DNA from: a virus | Taxonomy: Duplodnaviria; Caudoviricetes | DNA: 64,000 nucleotides | Reading direction: 5' to 3' (one strand) | IMG/VR virus record: IMGVR_UViG_3300028591_000079 | Span: 167,065-231,064 of that record | In this document: in pieces, positions 39,348 through 49,012 of the stretch | How positions within the stretch are numbered: the first letter of the stretch is position 1 | Layout: the number at the start of each line of letters is the position of its first letter | The notes under the pieces: generated by a model | Told to the model about the DNA's origin: nothing | Seen by the model: only the letters and a program-made list of their open reading frames with translations | Databases searched by the model: none | Made by a program: the position numbers and the translations under genes

Positions 39348-40879
39348 TGACAACCAAAATTCCATTATCTTATAAACAATTACCAAAAGATCTTCATGTA
39401 AATACTGGAGCTACTGCTTTGGGACATGATGGGGATCGCTATTATCATGCAGCTTCTTCTTATTCTACTGGAGGTGCAACTATTCCTATGGGTGGATATG
39501 TTATGGAATCTGGAGAATTTGATGAACTTTTAAATTATCTTGGCACAACAGAAGAATGGTCAGAAGCCGGTTTTATTCTTCCTGATGGTACTTTGATTGA
39601 TTTATCTGGAAAAGAACAAGGTGGAGATGAAGAAAAAAGAAATCTCCAACACAAAGATGTAAGAGAATTCGGTTTTGATTTGGTAGATTTGTTAGATAAA
39701 GGTGTTATAAGGCTTGGATATGGAGACCAACCTATACCTTTTGTTCAAGTATCTCTTAAAAATGGTATGCCAACTTCAAATCAATGGGATAGAATAGATG
39801 AATTGCTTTCTATGTCTCCTTATAAATTAGATTTTGAAGCAACAATGGAAGGATCAGATAAAGATAATCCTAAAACAAATTTCTATAAACAATACAATAT
39901 AGAAAGCGAAATAAAAGATATAAAGCACGACTTGCAAGCTTATATAAATGGTGATAAAACAAACATAGGAATTCCAAGTGTGACAGAAGGAACAATGCCA
40001 CTAAGTTATCCCAAGGGCCCGTATGGCGTGATGACTAATGGTTCTAATCCACTAATGACAGGCATAGGACCAATGGTGTATCTAAATCAAGGCGGAATGA
40101 TAGATTTAGATGAACAAAAATTACATGATAAACTTAGTGATTTGCTTTGGGATGAAAATAAAAAAATAAAACCACAAGTAAAAAACAAACTACTTGAAAT
40201 TGCTCGCTTGTTCCGTGAAAGTCTAAATCTATATACAACAAAAGATATTAGAGTTACCGGATCTTTTGCGAACTACAATTATTCAGATGAGAGAGATGAT
40301 GACGGAAATTATAAGAGTGATATTGATCTTCATCTTGTGTATGATTTTTCTGAGTTAGGGGTTGATAAAGAAATATTGACAGAGCTATTTAATGCAAAAA
40401 AACAAATATTCAATCAACAATATAATTTCCTAATTCATAAAATACCTGTGGAAGTTGGAGTTGAAGATATAAATACCCCTCTTGTTTCTACTGGTGTTTA
40501 TTCTTTAGAGACAGATGAATGGATAATAGAACCACAAAACGCAAATAAAGAAATTCCAGATATAAAAGAAACAGATTTTGAACAGGTAACACAAAGAATA
40601 GAAATTGCAATAGAATCTAAAGACAAAAATCAAATGAAAGAAGTTTGGGCTTGGATTAGAAACTTGCGTAAAACATCATTGGCAGCAGAAGGAGAATTTG
40701 GAGAAGGTAATTTACTATTCAAAAAACTTCGTAATGGCGGATATCTAAAAAGACTAAAAGATGCTATAAATGATGCTGTAAGTAAAGATCTGTCCCTTGA
40801 AATGTTTTATACCTCAAGATTCTATCCAAAAACACCAATTCCAACAGAACCAGAAGTAAGGCCTTTATCATGTCAGTAA
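39347..40879 (+). CDS. Multidomain protein with a C-terminal pol-beta-like nucleotidyltransferase domain
   Basis: VTGSFANYNY...SDIDLHLV (GS-DxD), PVEVGVED, GEFGEGNLLFKKLRN. Confidence 0.7.
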   Translation: MTTKIPLSYKQLPKDLHVNTGATALGHDGDRYYHAASSYSTGGATIPMGGYVMESGEFDELLNYLGTTEEWSEAGFILPDGTLIDLSGKEQGGDEEKRNLQHKDVREFGFDLVDLLDKGVIRLGYGDQPIPFVQVSLKNGMPTSNQWDRIDELLSMSPYKLDFEATMEGSDKDNPKTNFYKQYNIESEIKDIKHDLQAYINGDKTNIGIPSVTEGTMPLSYPKGPYGVMTNGSNPLMTGIGPMVYLNQGGMIDLDEQKLHDKLSDLLWDENKKIKPQVKNKLLEIARLFRESLNLYTTKDIRVTGSFANYNYSDERDDDGNYKSDIDLHLVYDFSELGVDKEILTELFNAKKQIFNQQYNFLIHKIPVEVGVEDINTPLVSTGVYSLETDEWIIEPQNANKEIPDIKETDFEQVTQRIEIAIESKDKNQMKEVWAWIRNLRKTSLAAEGEFGEGNLLFKKLRNGGYLKRLKDAINDAVSKDLSLEMFYTSRFYPKTPIPTEPEVRPLSCQ

Positions 40880-42606
40880 AAGAAAAAGAATTACAAATAA
40901 AAGAAGACGAATTAGAAACAAAATCTGGTCATCATACTCCAGAAGGTCTTTTTACGCAACCAACTAAAGATATTGTAGATGGTTTACTTAAAGACGCCAA
41001 TGGAGATGAAGAACTGGCCCTAAAACGTATCAACTTCTATATAAATCGTGCCGGTGATGGTCTTTCTAATAAAACAGCTGTACATGCCGCAAAAAGAGAA
41101 TTGGAGAAAAAGGTAGAAGAAAAAATGCAAAGCAAAAAAGATGAAATACATGATATACTAAGCGAATATTTTCAAGAAGCTTATGACACCATGTTTGAAG
41201 ATGATGAACCAAAAGCGCAAAAACCTAAAAAAATGCGTTATTGGGATGCTGTTGATTCTTTGATTGATAACGGTATAAATCCTTACTGGTTAATTGTTCA
41301 ACCGCGCCAAGCTTTATATTTTGAACCATATAATTCAATAATGGCAATGTATAAAGTGAATCCAGATAAAACTATAGATATGCTTACTTATAAAAATGGT
41401 AAAGTTGATGGTGGTAAAAACGAAGAAGGTAAATTTATTCCAAGTATTACAACCATATCTCCAGATGAATTCAAAGCAGCACTTGAAGACGAAAGGAATG
41501 CAAAGGTTGTAGATAATTTTGATAAACACTACTATGACCTTGATACAATTGTTGATATTATAGCTAACGGTGATGAACTTTATAATGCTTGGATAGAAAG
41601 ATTTTACAATGAACACAAAGATGAACTGGGCCTAACAAAAGCTCATAGTTGGAAAACACATAAAGCATTTAAACAATTTTGGAACGAACTAAGTAACTAT
41701 GAAAAATCTACTTATGCTAATCCTATGGGCGTTTCTGATAAATATGGACTAGCAACAAAAGATCCAAGAAGGGGAATGCCAGTTGGAAAAATTAGATTTA
41801 AACAATCCCCACAACGTCTAAATGGTAAAACAACTTCTGTAATAGGTGATGTGGAGCCGGGGCAATATGAACCACAAAATATAACACCAGACCAAGCAAG
41901 AAGCAAGATGTCCGACCATGATTTGGTTTCATATTGGTTAGACAAATTTGGTATAGACTCTAAATATGCAGATCAAACAATAAAAGATCAAAGCGGTACA
42001 GAGTGGAAAATAGCTAAAGCTGCAGAAACCCATAATGACATAAGTCCTGTTCGTTTTCAGCTTGTGTTTCCATCTAATCCTGATTTTAAAATGGTAAAAA
42101 AACCTGATGAAATTGAAGACATGATTAGATTATACAACAAAGAAGAATCTATTGAAGAAGCTTTTGGTAGATTTGGCTCTAAAATGGCTCAACCAACAAT
42201 AACTGATTACAATGCTCTATATTCCTATCTTGAACAAAACGGTATAGATCCTAAATTCTGTCGTGGTGCAATATTATATGGAGATTTAGGACAAGAATGG
42301 AGAATTACTGGCTATAACTTATCAGATCCAGAAAATCCACTTATAGCACTTCAGTCATTCTCTCAACCAGAAGAAATTATAAATGGTACTTCTAAGGTTT
42401 CAAGTAATAAAGTTCCTCTATCTGTTGTTCAAAAATGGTGCCAAAAACCTAAAAATCAACAATCTCAAATCGAATGGAATAATATAATGCTTGACCCTTT
42501 CCAAAGACAAAAAGCAAAAGCAAATATTCCAGACCCAGAAAGAAAACCAATGAAACTTAAAAACTTCGATAAGGTAGCAGCAAGAGCAAAACACGGAGTA
42601 ATGTAA
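40870..42606 (+). CDS. Large hypothetical protein
   Basis: 578-aa ORF; HTPEGLFT...ALKRINFYINRAG..LSN resembles DUF3175-type domains; two repeats around the G.EW.I motif. Confidence 0.55.
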   Translation: MSVKEKELQIKEDELETKSGHHTPEGLFTQPTKDIVDGLLKDANGDEELALKRINFYINRAGDGLSNKTAVHAAKRELEKKVEEKMQSKKDEIHDILSEYFQEAYDTMFEDDEPKAQKPKKMRYWDAVDSLIDNGINPYWLIVQPRQALYFEPYNSIMAMYKVNPDKTIDMLTYKNGKVDGGKNEEGKFIPSITTISPDEFKAALEDERNAKVVDNFDKHYYDLDTIVDIIANGDELYNAWIERFYNEHKDELGLTKAHSWKTHKAFKQFWNELSNYEKSTYANPMGVSDKYGLATKDPRRGMPVGKIRFKQSPQRLNGKTTSVIGDVEPGQYEPQNITPDQARSKMSDHDLVSYWLDKFGIDSKYADQTIKDQSGTEWKIAKAAETHNDISPVRFQLVFPSNPDFKMVKKPDEIEDMIRLYNKEESIEEAFGRFGSKMAQPTITDYNALYSYLEQNGIDPKFCRGAILYGDLGQEWRITGYNLSDPENPLIALQSFSQPEEIINGTSKVSSNKVPLSVVQKWCQKPKNQQSQIEWNNIMLDPFQRQKAKANIPDPERKPMKLKNFDKVAARAKHGVM

Positions 42607-43190
42607 TGTTTATAGATAGAATTCAAGATATATTATTCGAAAACGGTTATATGTTCGATGAAAAAAAATCTAAAGTAATATCTGATCCTGAGACTGGAGT
42701 AAGTACAAGTAAGGATGAAGAATATATTTACGATAAGCTCAAAGATAAATATGGAGAAGTAAAAAAACAATACAAAGACGAAGAACGTTATCCTTGGGTT
42801 GTGGACTTTTATATCCCTTCTGAAGATATGTTTATTGAATACGAGAAACACTGGAGTCACGGAAGAAGAATTTTTAATCCAGATGATCCAGAATGTCAAA
42901 AAGATGTAGAATGGTTAAAAGATAAAGCTAAAGATAATGAATTCTATCAAAGGACTCTTACCCAATGGACAGAGAAAGATCCAGAGAAATTTCAAACAGC
43001 AAAAGATAATGGACTAAATTTCTTTGTGTTTTTCAATCTTCGTGAATTTGATAAGTGGTTTGAACATCCTGATATGCAATACCGTCAATATCGTGATCCT
43101 GACCCTCTTCAATATGACTCAGAAGATTATTTTGCTAAAAAGGCTCAGGGATATGATACAAATGGAGTTGATTCAGATTATTTAGGATAA
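42606..43190 (+). CDS. PD-(D/E)XK (Vsr/DUF559-like) endonuclease
   Basis: S..EE.IY..L, QY...RYPW.VDFYIP..DMFIEY..HW.HG. Confidence 0.7.
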   Translation: MFIDRIQDILFENGYMFDEKKSKVISDPETGVSTSKDEEYIYDKLKDKYGEVKKQYKDEERYPWVVDFYIPSEDMFIEYEKHWSHGRRIFNPDDPECQKDVEWLKDKAKDNEFYQRTLTQWTEKDPEKFQTAKDNGLNFFVFFNLREFDKWFEHPDMQYRQYRDPDPLQYDSEDYFAKKAQGYDTNGVDSDYLG

Positions 43191-43309
43191 CACAAATAAT
43201 TACATGTTTATTTAAAGACTCTCTAAAGGCAATTTTGGAGAGTTTTTTGTTACTTATAAAGTTCTATATAATGTTATAACAATTTTATTGAAACATAAGG
43301 CCTAATCCT

Positions 43310-45745
43310 ATGAGTAAAACTTTATTTATCGAAAACTCACCATTTTTAACTCATTTGGTAATGTCAGATGAATTAAAAGAATCTATACAAGTAAAACAGA
43401 GTAAAAATAATACACTTATTGTAAAAAATTTTCCAGCAACAATACTAAATAGACCAAATCAAAATGGCAGGGTTTACAGTACTGTTGAAATGCAAAAAGC
43501 GTTAGATGCAGCAAAACAACAAATTCAATTAAAGCAGTTATTGTGTCAGGCTGACGAACATCCAGAAGGATCTTTTGTTGCCCCAACACATGCTTCTCAT
43601 GTTATTACAAATGCTTATATAAAGAAAAATGTTACTCTAGAAGTGGAGGGGGAAAAGGGTACATGGGATGTATTATTTTGTGATATTGAAGTTTTGAATA
43701 CGACAGAAGGAAAAAATTTACAAGCATTAATTTTAGGTGGTTGTGGAATTGCATCGTCAATAAGAGGTTTGGGCGATATGGAAGGAGACCAAGTTGTAAA
43801 CTATGAATTTCTTGGTTTCGATATTGTTTCAAATCCGTCGTCTGGCACATGGAGCAATATGCCAATCTATGAAGCTAAAATTGAATCCATAGAAGAAAAT
43901 GCATTAAATGAAGCTACTAAATTTACAGTTTCTACATATGCTTCTAACACCACGCATGATTTGGAGCAGGCTATGGAATTTCAGAATAGGGCTTCTACAT
44001 CATTACAATATGGTACCATTACAAATATGAACACCAAGATGGACCAAGAAGTAGATCCTAAGACAGGAGTTGAAAAAACCGTAGGCGAAGTGGAAGTAGA
44101 GACCAGTGATGATACGAGTGATTTGAAGACTGCTTTAGAGATTGCTGGCAGAGCCTTTACAAACCCAGATAACATCAATGTTACATCTATTACGATTGAA
44201 AAAGTAGATGAAGATGATATGAAAGACAGTGTAATGCAAGGTGGGGCTTCTGATACATTGAAAGAAGAGCCGGTTGAAGAAGATGTATTAAAAGAAGAAG
44301 AATTGGCTCAAGGTATGTGGATAAAGACAGAGTTGTTAGATCCTACTGCTGTATATTATGTTGATGCTATTGATGAAGGAAGTGTAACATTAATAAAAAA
44401 TAGTGATCATGGTCCAAAAGTAAAGATAGAATTAGATGGTAGTTTTATATTCCCATGGTCTGAAGTAAAAGATGAATCAGCAGATAAAAAAGAGTTCCTA
44501 GACGTAAATGTTGGAAATAGTGATGTGGAAGTAAACGGTGATAATAATACTGTAAATTCCAATGCTGGTGTAGATATTTCAGGACCACTACCAGAAGCAA
44601 CACAATTGAAAGAAAACGAAAAGTGGGTATTGGCTATTGATTGTGCTGATGGTATTGCTTATGTTCAAGATTTAAGAGGCAACACTGAATATGCTAACGA
44701 TTGGGATATAACAGAAGATGAAAACATGGCAGTTGTATTTGACTCAGAAGAAGCTGCTAATGAATTCAAAAACCAATTTATAATGCAAGGTGGAAATGAA
44801 GAACAATTACCAACTCTAAATATGTTCTATGCAAAAAAACTAGAAAACATAGAAGAAGCAACCACAGATGGAACAATAGAACAAAATGATGAAACTTTAA
44901 CTATTGATGTGGATGGTAATGAAGTAGAAAAAGAATTTAGAACACCAGAAGAAGCCAGAGTTGCAAAAGCTGGGTTGGAAAATGGTGAACTAACTGCCGA
45001 TGTGATGTATGATGAGGCTGGTTCTTGGTGGGGATTGAAAGTTTCTGCTGGTGATTATGCTGATTGGTATGTAACTGATGAAGGTAATGGTGTTGATGTT
45101 ACTGCTGATGAAAATATGGCTTTAGTATTTCCAACAGAAGAAGAAGCTAAGAAGTTCCAACAAGAAAATGGTTGTGAAGAATATGAATATCAAAATGGAT
45201 TAAGGGCTTCTGTTACTCCTGTTCAAATGGGTATAACTGATGAAGAAATATTTGGCAAACAAGAAGAATCAAATATGGATGAAAAGTTATATGGACAAAA
45301 AGACCCGGCATCAGATGAATTTCAACAACAACCAGTAACTGAAGAAATAAAAGATCTAAAAGTTACATTGGGTGATATTGCTTATGATGTAGATGAAGAA
45401 CCGGACTTTGAAGGCGATCCATTTGAAATAGAAGGTGTACTAAATCAATTACCTGACACTATCGAAGTAGAATTGAATGGTGTAGATGTTCCAGAAGATA
45501 ATGCTGAAGAGTTTATATATCAAAAAGCATGTGAACAAACAGGATTACCAATCAAAAACGCCACCATAATTGATATTGAAGAAATTGAAAAAGAAGAAGT
45601 CAAAGAAGATGGTGAAGAAGGCATGGATATGGATGCTACTACTGATATGTCTTCAAATGATATGGGTGGATTAGAAGGTGACTCTGGTATGGCAGATGTT
45701 GGCGATGTAGAAGGTGAAGATGATATTATGGGTACAGAAGCCTAA
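43310..45745 (+). CDS. Prohead core protease (T4 gp21-like) with a long acidic C-terminal extension
   Basis: NRPNQNGRVY, DEHP, SHVI, SSIRGLG, FDIVSNPS in the first ~185 aa. Confidence 0.85.
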   Translation: MSKTLFIENSPFLTHLVMSDELKESIQVKQSKNNTLIVKNFPATILNRPNQNGRVYSTVEMQKALDAAKQQIQLKQLLCQADEHPEGSFVAPTHASHVITNAYIKKNVTLEVEGEKGTWDVLFCDIEVLNTTEGKNLQALILGGCGIASSIRGLGDMEGDQVVNYEFLGFDIVSNPSSGTWSNMPIYEAKIESIEENALNEATKFTVSTYASNTTHDLEQAMEFQNRASTSLQYGTITNMNTKMDQEVDPKTGVEKTVGEVEVETSDDTSDLKTALEIAGRAFTNPDNINVTSITIEKVDEDDMKDSVMQGGASDTLKEEPVEEDVLKEEELAQGMWIKTELLDPTAVYYVDAIDEGSVTLIKNSDHGPKVKIELDGSFIFPWSEVKDESADKKEFLDVNVGNSDVEVNGDNNTVNSNAGVDISGPLPEATQLKENEKWVLAIDCADGIAYVQDLRGNTEYANDWDITEDENMAVVFDSEEAANEFKNQFIMQGGNEEQLPTLNMFYAKKLENIEEATTDGTIEQNDETLTIDVDGNEVEKEFRTPEEARVAKAGLENGELTADVMYDEAGSWWGLKVSAGDYADWYVTDEGNGVDVTADENMALVFPTEEEAKKFQQENGCEEYEYQNGLRASVTPVQMGITDEEIFGKQEESNMDEKLYGQKDPASDEFQQQPVTEEIKDLKVTLGDIAYDVDEEPDFEGDPFEIEGVLNQLPDTIEVELNGVDVPEDNAEEFIYQKACEQTGLPIKNATIIDIEEIEKEEVKEDGEEGMDMDATTDMSSNDMGGLEGDSGMADVGDVEGEDDIMGTEA

Positions 45746-45851
45746 AATCTAGTAAAACCAATAACAACAAGAAAAAAATTAATAGTTCTATTTTTAGTAG
45801 GCAGATAATTGCCAAAAAATAAAATATTCTAGAATATAAAGGAAACCAAAA

Positions 45852-46577
45852 ATGACAAAACAAGAATTGATTCAAAAAATTCGCGACAAGAAAGAAGCCG
45901 CAGATGCAACTGCAAAAGATAATTTCACAGTTGCAAACATCGAAGGTAAAGAAGTAAATGGCGTAGCACCAGCAGCAGGTGTAGAACATGCAGATGAAAA
46001 CAAAGCAGGTGATGCAGCAGAAGTAAAGAAAGAAGTTGAAACAGCTGTAGATCCAGTAGTTCCTGCAGACGAAGATGGTGTTTCTAAAAATGGTGGCGAA
46101 AAAGATTTAACAGATACCACTGTTGAAACAGAAAAGAAAAAAGAAGACAACGCCATGAAAGACGTTATCAATGTAACAGATCGTACATATGAAGAAAACA
46201 AAGAAGTCCAAAACGAATTGGTAAAACAATTGGGCGAAGCTGTTGAAAAGAATGAAAAATTGAAAACAGAAATGAAGAACATCCAAGATGTTTGCAAAGC
46301 AGCATTGGAAGCTCAAAAATCTCAATATGTAGAATATAGCACAAAGAAAGTTCAGGCTTTGATTGAATCAATTGTCAAAATTGGTGAATCAATGGAAGCA
46401 GAATTAAATGCTGAAATTGAACGTGGTAAAAAGAACATGGTTCGTATGGAAGCTACTTTGAAAGCAAGCAACAAATTGAACAATATTTTACGCGAAGGTT
46501 TGTTGGCAACTCGTGAACCAAAGAAAATGGTTCGTTACGAATCTGTTATGAAACGTTACTCAAAGATCGCTGCATAA
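45852..46577 (+). CDS. Putative prohead scaffold/core protein
   Basis: Acidic N-terminus and coiled coil; follows the protease; highly expressed-type codon usage. Confidence 0.5.
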   Translation: MTKQELIQKIRDKKEAADATAKDNFTVANIEGKEVNGVAPAAGVEHADENKAGDAAEVKKEVETAVDPVVPADEDGVSKNGGEKDLTDTTVETEKKKEDNAMKDVINVTDRTYEENKEVQNELVKQLGEAVEKNEKLKTEMKNIQDVCKAALEAQKSQYVEYSTKKVQALIESIVKIGESMEAELNAEIERGKKNMVRMEATLKASNKLNNILREGLLATREPKKMVRYESVMKRYSKIAA

Positions 46578-46597
46578 TTTTTAAAATTATTTAGCAT

Positions 46598-46634
46598 TAC
46601 CCCAAGATTCCCTCCTCTCTATCTTGGGGTTTTT
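46598..46634 (+). terminator. Intrinsic terminator
   Basis: ACCCCAAGAT...ATCTTGGGGT followed by a T run. Confidence 0.7.
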
Positions 46635-46815
46635 ATTGTCTCATTTTAAACAAGAAATCGTCTCAAAAAATGAGACGATTTTTATTAATAAAAATTTGTT
46701 ATTTTTGAGTAGTTGAGCCAAAAACAACAAAAAGCTCGCCACCGATATTTAGAATCAGATACGGCAGCCCTTGCTCTGATTCGTATTTTGAGATTTAGCT
46801 AGCATGTCTCAAAAC

Positions 46816-47280
46816 TTATTCATCTGATGTTATATATGTTAATGTTACACCAGCTTCTTTAAATATTTGTTCTGTTAGTTTTACACTTTCTTTCCATCTA
46901 TCAGGTATTTCTTTTTCCCAAGCATATACGTATTTTATACCAGATTGAATTATAAGAGAAGCGCAATGAGCACAAGGAGGAAGTCCAGATACATATAACG
47001 AACAACCTTCTAGATTTTGCTTTGAGAATTGAATTGCGTTTTCCTCAGCATGAAGTACGATTTTATATTTAATATCTCTGTTTTCTAATCTTTCTTTTGT
47101 GTCTTCTACTCCAACAGCAAAACCATTATATCCAGTTGAGATTATTCTTCTATTGTTATCAACTATACATGCACCAATTTTGCTAGAAGGATCTTTGGAC
47201 CAGGTTGATATATGTTCTGCCAACTTGAGAAATCTTTTGTGCCATTTTAGTTCATTGTCAACAAATTCTTTTACAGTCAT
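46816..47280 (-). CDS. dCMP deaminase
   Basis: WSKDPSSKIGACI, STGYNG, HAEENAI, PCAHCA. Confidence 0.92.
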   Translation of the reverse strand: MTVKEFVDNELKWHKRFLKLAEHISTWSKDPSSKIGACIVDNNRRIISTGYNGFAVGVEDTKERLENRDIKYKIVLHAEENAIQFSKQNLEGCSLYVSGLPPCAHCASLIIQSGIKYVYAWEKEIPDRWKESVKLTEQIFKEAGVTLTYITSDE

Positions 47281-47281
47281 C

Positions 47282-47746
47282 TTACTTTCCTGTACTTCCA
47301 AAACCTTTTTCTCCCCTATCAGTCTTTTCTAATGTGTCTACAATCGTTATTTTTGGCTTCTGGATGGGGCAAACTACTAACTGAGCTATCCTATCTCCTG
47401 GTTCAATATAAAAGTCGTCCTTGCCCAAATTTGTAAGCACCACACCTATTTCTCCAGTATACCCATAATCAACTGTTCCAAAATGTGTTAGTATTCCTTT
47501 TGAGTTATTTCCACTTCTTCCTCTTACTTGAATTTCCCAAAGATCAGAATCACAACCATCTAACTGACACATAATACCAGTCTTTATCATACCAGTACCA
47601 CCAGCAGGAATTTTACATCTACGTCCTTGAATATCTACATAACTTACATCAATACCAGAATCACCATCTTTCCAATCCAACGGTTTTTCTCTGTTTTTGT
47701 ATATGTTTTCTGCTGTTTGGTTTGCGTATTTAATTTTTAGGTTCAT
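47282..47746 (-). CDS. dut: Trimeric dUTPase
   Basis: SGID, RSG, GTVDYGYTGEI, GDRIAQLV, RGEKGFGSTG. Confidence 0.95.
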   Translation of the reverse strand: MNLKIKYANQTAENIYKNREKPLDWKDGDSGIDVSYVDIQGRRCKIPAGGTGMIKTGIMCQLDGCDSDLWEIQVRGRSGNNSKGILTHFGTVDYGYTGEIGVVLTNLGKDDFYIEPGDRIAQLVVCPIQKPKITIVDTLEKTDRGEKGFGSTGK

Positions 47747-48162
47747 AGTTTTTCCTCCTTTGGTTTGTATCCTGTTTTTATTGGGTCTACTATATAACAA
47801 TTTTTAGTAACTGTCAAACCCTTTTCTTTTGCTTCTTTTCTTCTTCTTTGACTTGTTATTAAAGCGGTTCCATATTTTCTGCGTTTTTTCTTTGCCCTGT
47901 GTTGTTTTGTATATTCTGGTTGCACATATGTCTTTTTGTATTCTCTCATATAGTTTCTTAAATATTCTCTTTGCTTAATTTTCTTTTCTTCCGGAGTCAA
48001 ATCTGATGGTGTTTCTTGATTTATTTTAGTTAATCCTTTGCCATCAATATTATCTATTCCATCTTCCGCTTTGAATCTAACAAGAGCGCCTGATATTCCT
48101 TTTTCTCCGGGATTATTTAAAACACATATTGCACTATCTAAAAAATCAGTTAAATTTGACAT
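47743..48162 (-). CDS. Basic hypothetical protein
   Basis: 139-aa ORF. Confidence 0.55.
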   Translation of the reverse strand: MSNLTDFLDSAICVLNNPGEKGISGALVRFKAEDGIDNIDGKGLTKINQETPSDLTPEEKKIKQREYLRNYMREYKKTYVQPEYTKQHRAKKKRRKYGTALITSQRRRKEAKEKGLTVTKNCYIVDPIKTGYKPKEEKL

Positions 48163-48564
48163 CTATAACGGATCTCCTAAGCCTTTATAATACCTTCCTA
48201 TTTTCCCTTGTTTCCAATCGCATTCCCATACATAAAAAACTTTCCAACCCAAATCATATAAATATTGAAATCTTGCCTTTGTTTCTACATACATTTGCCC
48301 ATAAGTTTTTTTTGTCATTGTGTTGAAAGCTTTTAGGTCCAAATGTGTAAAATGACCGTGCCAGTGACAACCAAGAAATTCAAATGCTACTTTGTTTACA
48401 GGATCTACCCCATCAATCACATATATTTTATTATTGAACCCACGAAATACCACTTGGCGCTTTATTACACCTAATTTATTCAACCAATCTTCTTCTGCTT
48501 GACTTGTTCCAACCTTCAACCCCTTTACAAAAGTATTCATTACACCTTTGCGGAATCTATTCAA
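48163..48564 (-). CDS. Vsr-like PD-(D/E)XK endonuclease (N-terminus probably frameshifted from ATG 48640)
   Basis: SQAE..WL, VIDG, FEFLGCHWHG, YVWECDW. Confidence 0.7.
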   Translation of the reverse strand: MNRFRKGVMNTFVKGLKVGTSQAEEDWLNKLGVIKRQVVFRGFNNKIYVIDGVDPVNKVAFEFLGCHWHGHFTHLDLKAFNTMTKKTYGQMYVETKARFQYLYDLGWKVFYVWECDWKQGKIGRYYKGLGDPL

Positions 48565-48661
48565 TGTTGGTGATTTTCTTTTTTTTGTAAGTTTGAGTGG
48601 TCTGTATGTAATTGTTTTCTTTTTCGTTTTTTTTTAACATAATAATTAGAACTGTTTTTAT

Positions 48662-48970
48662 TTATTTTCCACTCAAAAAATCTGCGACAAATTGTTTTTT
48701 TTCTTTTACAGACATTAAAGATATTTTTTTATAGTATTTTTTACCCTCTTTACTTAGTAGACACACATATTTATGTTCTTTATCTTTATCGTTGTGAAAT
48801 ACTTGTGGATCATCATATTTAAAATGTAATCTTTGTTGTCTTTTGTTATCAAATATCCAATCTGGTGTATAAGCTATTTCCATATCGTAATAATATTTAT
48901 AGTACTTAAGATAAAATTGCAGATGTTTCATATTTTTATTATAGTTTATTTTCTTTTTAATACAAGCCAA
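48662..48970 (-). CDS. Hypothetical protein
   Basis: ORF; true start probably the internal MKHLQF. Confidence 0.45.
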   Translation of the reverse strand: MACIKKKINYNKNMKHLQFYLKYYKYYYDMEIAYTPDWIFDNKRQQRLHFKYDDPQVFHNDKDKEHKYVCLLSKEGKKYYKKISLMSVKEKKQFVADFLSGK

Positions 48971-49012
48971 TTAAATCAGTTCTATAATAAGCCAACAAAA
49001 AGGAAATTTTAT

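Noticed and set aside
46730-46815. sgRNA/tracrRNA or CRISPR-repeat mimic (GTTTTGAGA...)
   Set aside because: Single copy, superficial resemblance, no array and no cas genes.
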